A stretch of 63,968 nucleotides of DNA, the filler included, from Licmophora abbreviata (Eukaryota), in NCBI GenBank assembly GCA_900291995.1. It is 12 parts of 12 records of this genome, joined end to end, with 100 filler letters (N's around TTAATTAATTAA, not from the genome) between each part and the next. Parts side by side here need not be neighbours in the genome. Positions count along the whole stretch, not along the records: positions 57,452 to 62,854 come from OLMU01002088.1; positions 62,955 to 63,968 come from OLMU01002158.1; 10 more parts are not named here. One strand, given 5' to 3'. The first letter of the stretch is position 1; each line of letters begins with the position of its first letter. The notes beneath the pieces are model-generated. The model was given only the letters and a program-made list of their open reading frames with translations. It was not told the origin of the DNA and ran no database searches. Shown here one piece after another: positions 60,802 through 63,968 of this stretch. A program made the position numbers and the translations under genes.

Positions 60802-61374
60802 GATGGGATGTCAGATGTGCCTAATATTGAGAGTAGACAGAAAAGAGTGAGATACGAGTACCATCAGTATGATACACGATGTGCACGTGCAAAATGTGCA
60901 GCCGACAGGAAGTGTCCGCATTCTCGACCAAAACATGCCCCCTCCTTTACTTCACGTACTAGATTGCGTTCAGGGGTGACTTGGGACGATCTTCTGGGAG
61001 CGTTCTGCGTATGATAACGCAAGAAAGAGGAGAAATGGCAATCACAACACCGCCGTAGACAAGCCTGTTTGTGGCGCTAGATCTGGGATGTACTTCTTGC
61101 TGCCAAGTTTTGGATTGAGGTTTCGCAGCTTTGGTGCGTAGAATGCTACGCGAATTCAGTACTGGGAGGCCTACTCGTCGCGAGCTTCCAAAAATCTGGG
61201 CGCGCCATTTTTTTGCAGACACGAGAGCTCGTCGAGCCATACGCAGTGCACACAGCTTTGAATTTTGAATTCGCGATGAGAGCACGCGATGACGACGACG
61301 ACGGTCGATCACGACACTGCCGTTCGACGCTTATTTTACTTCCTTCTACTCATTCTACATAATCCTGAAGCACA

Positions 61375-62854
61375 ATGGTCCTTCGGGAACTCCAGGTCGA
61401 CATGAACTTATCCATCAATGAGTCATTCGCGAAAGGACCGAACAGATCCAAGAATGACGACTTTGATGTACCGCTCGTACGGGGCAAGAAGTCCTCCGCG
61501 AGTCTGCACAAGCGCCGACGTCGATATGCCATTCTGGACGATGAGGATGAAGAAGACGATGAAAGCAGTAACGTTGGTGGGTCTCCCGCTTTTGAGATCG
61601 AGCTTCCATCCTGCGATGATTCATCCTCGGAGGAAGATCAAGACGACGAATCGATGAGGGACGACGAACACGACGAACAAGGATGGGGAAGTGAATGGGG
61701 CATTGGAAAGGCAGTGGCAAGACAAGAGTTTTCCCTAGACTCTCAGGTTGAGCGAGGCGCATTAGAGAGTGTTGAGGAGAAGGACCCCAGTGGAGAAGAG
61801 GATCTCTTGGAGGCCGCTTTTTTTGCACCTATGCCCTTTCGCGACGATGGCGACGACGACCAGCATCATGGTATCGACTTCGAAGCAGAACAAGGGACGT
61901 CAGTAGCAGCGACTTGCCGTGCGTCTGACAAAGCGTATGATCCGCCTCCGATGCAAGGACGGCAACTTGATGTCGATCAACAGCGGTTTGATGGCAAAGA
62001 CGGAGCAATTCACAATGGTGCTGTTGCTCTGACTGAATCGCAACAGCCCGCATCGCAACCGGAAATCGTAGATCTATGCGACGACGATGATGATGATGAT
62101 GATGATAAAGGAGATGATGGCGCCAGTGAAAGGCGCCAACAACCAGCCCAACGGAAGAACGAGGTTTGTCACCCCTTCTTTGCTCCCAGACGAGGAGGGA
62201 CCTCCAACACTCGACAGGGGGTACGAACGCAGTCGAAAAGTCCTCGCTTCAATGCCAACTCTCGTGCCGCTTGTCTCCAGCGCCAGCCTTTGATCTCCAC
62301 CTGGGATCATGATGTTGCATCGCATCCCACGTCGCCAGCAAGGGTTCCTTCCCTACCCGCGCATCGTCATCATTCTCAAGTTACCGCAGCACTGACCAAT
62401 GATGACATTGTCGATTCTTGGTCCGATGAGGAGACACGAACTGCTCGTGCGAATCCGCGACGCGTAACGAACGTCAGTGACTATCCACGCCCGCAGGCTC
62501 CTTCATTTTCTGGTAAACTGTTTGCAGCAGCGCGACCAACACCGTATTCTACTGCTGCCGGCGCATCAACGTCGGATCCTTATGTGCCTGCGGCGTCTCG
62601 GGCTACACACTCGCAGTCGTTTCAGCAGCAACCGGGTCATAACCCCCGACGTCGTCGCGTGCGCGATGCCACGGCGAGTAATGCTGCGCGAGCGGGGTCC
62701 GTTGTCGTGAGCCGAGCAAAGACACTATCGACGGCAGTAGCGACGACTGCTCCTCCGTCCTCCTTTTTGCAGACATCGCAGAATTTGTGGTACCGGACGC
62801 ATGCGTCACAGCCTTCTATGGCGGCAGAATATCGCAACCAACAACCATTACGCA
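61375..62854 (+). CDS. Acidic, disordered protein of unknown function; 3' end lost in gap
   Basis: Open for about 490 codons, NLS-like KRRRR, SIM-like EIVDLCDDDDD, head-to-head with RPA1. Confidence 0.6.
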
Positions 62855-62954
62855 NNNNNNNNNNNNNNNNNNNNNNNNNNNNNNNNNNNNNNNNNNNNTT
62901 AATTAATTAANNNNNNNNNNNNNNNNNNNNNNNNNNNNNNNNNNNNNNNNNNNN

Positions 62955-63457
62955 TCCTTGGCACCCTTGCCATGGCGGACCTGAAGCACCATCCGATCGC
63001 TGTCGATATCCGCGACCTTCAAGCTAACCGCTTCCGAGGCGCGCAACCCAGCAGCGTAGGCCGTGGTTAGTGCGGCACGCGCCTTCAGGGACGGCACCAC
63101 CTCGAGGAACCGCACAACCTCGTCAGCACTGAGAATGGTTGGCAGCTTGCGCGGTGTTCGCGCATAGGCGATCCGCTCGGGGATCTCCGCACGGTTCAGG
63201 GTGACACCGTAGAAAAACCGCAAGGCGCAGACCGTCTGATTGAGCGCTGGCCAGGAAATGCCCTGTGATACCAGTTAAACTTGAAAAGATCGGACATCCT
63301 CCAGACCCAGTTGATCCGGGGATCGATTGAAGTGGCGGGCAAATTTGATCACAGCATTGAGATATGATCGCTGTGTGGCCGGCGACAGGTTGCGGAGCGT
63401 CATATCGTCGATCATACGGCGGCGCAGCGGGCTTACCGCTGATGTGGCATTGGCCAT
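62955..63457 (-). pseudogene. Bacterial tyrosine recombinase (phage-integrase family, type associated with IS91-like elements), in-frame TAA at 63277-63275, truncated by gap
   Basis: SPLRRRMIDDMTLRNLSPATQRSY...FQV*LVSQGISWPALNQTVCALRFFY...YAAGLRASE...VRHGKGAK, with Shine-Dalgarno AGGAGA 7 nt before the ATG. Confidence 0.88.
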
Positions 63458-63539
63458 GGGATGGTCTCCTGTTCAAAGGTTGGTCTCAGCAACCAAACCT
63501 TCTCATCAGGAGGCCATTCCCGCCAATAGCGGCGCCCAT

Positions 63540-63564
63540 CCCGCGTTAGCGGGTTCGTTCAATC
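63540..63564. mobile_element. Candidate IS91-like element end: GC hairpin next to GTTC tetranucleotides
   Basis: cccgc-gtta-gcggg followed by ttcgttcaatc, about 85 bp upstream of the integrase start. Confidence 0.4.
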
Positions 63565-63594
63565 CTGAATCTGATCAGGGGCGACGTGCTCTAA

Positions 63595-63733
63595 GTCAAG
63601 CATAGAAACTGGAGAAATGGACCTGCAGCATACGGCGCATGGCCTGGACGCCGAACACTGCGCGATGCGTCCGGATGAAGGCTTACTTAATTGGGATACG
63701 CGCGAGAAGTACGCCGTTGCCTTCCTAAGAAAC
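63595..63733 (-). mobile_element. Decayed IS3-family transposase remnant (orfA/orfB junction)
   Basis: FLRKATAYFSR (orfA end) overlaps a -1 frame reading IK*AFIRTHRAVFGVQAMRRMLQVHFSSFYA* (orfB start), which has two stops. Confidence 0.7.
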
Positions 63734-63968
63734 AGTCGCGGCCTCGGGAACGGGCGCCAATGCAAAACCGAGAGTCATCGAGGTGGAGAGTGGCGGCCGG
63801 GACGACCGTCTGGAACTCGACAATGCCCTCAACCTCGCGCGCCTCGCAGGCGCGACGCTGGTCATCGCCAAGCTTGACCGCCTGAGCCGCAACGCGGCCT
63901 TTTTATTAACTCTGCAGTCCAGCGGTGTACAGTTCGTTGCCTGTGATATGCCGGAGGCCAACGATCTG
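63729..63968 (+). pseudogene. Serine recombinase (resolvase) fragment lacking its N-terminal catalytic motif; runs off the window
   Basis: VIEVESGGRDDRLELDNALNLARLAGATLVIAKLDRLSRNAAFLLTLQSSGVQFVACDMPEANDL. Upstream in-frame TAA at 63726 and no YxRVS motif. Confidence 0.85.

Noticed and set aside
63617..63877. 86-aa plus-strand ORF MDLQHTAHGLDAEH...
   Set aside because: It is the antisense reading of the IS3 remnant running out of frame into the resolvase.

Overview
Gene-dense eukaryotic nuclear DNA, almost certainly from a diatom. The evidence is short GT-AG introns, bipartite signal + ASAFAP-type plastid presequences and RXL propeptide motifs. The window is a scaffold of 12 contigs joined by artificial 100-nt linkers (N44-TTAATTAATTAA-N44). 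About 30 protein genes can be modelled, including a WD40 protein, IAH1-like esterase, TIM9, three FAD oxidoreductases, a mitochondrial carrier, a fibrillin-like protein, an M16 peptidase, a tesmin/CXC factor, a CK2-beta-like protein, a sulfotransferase, a DEAD-box helicase, MAM33, a PA-TM-RING ligase, REI1, IVD, C2CD5, a GH5 hydrolase, an F-box protein and RPA1. Highlights: (1) a 5.6-kb cluster of three divergent paralogous type-I membrane proteins, invisible in the ORF track, resembling silicalemma-associated (SAP) biosilica proteins; they share signal peptide, RXL, Ser-rich lumenal region, TM helix and an H-P/E-x-x-G-x-x-x-R/K-R tail; (2) a secreted ricin-lectin protein carrying a vWA-like domain reminiscent of cyanophage proteins, next to an RLE-type LINE fragment; (3) a final 1-kb contig that is bacterial, with three adjacent decayed mobile-element pieces; (4) about seven genes broken by single-base deletions that are probably sequencing errors. 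All calls come from reading the sequence by eye; no searches were run.
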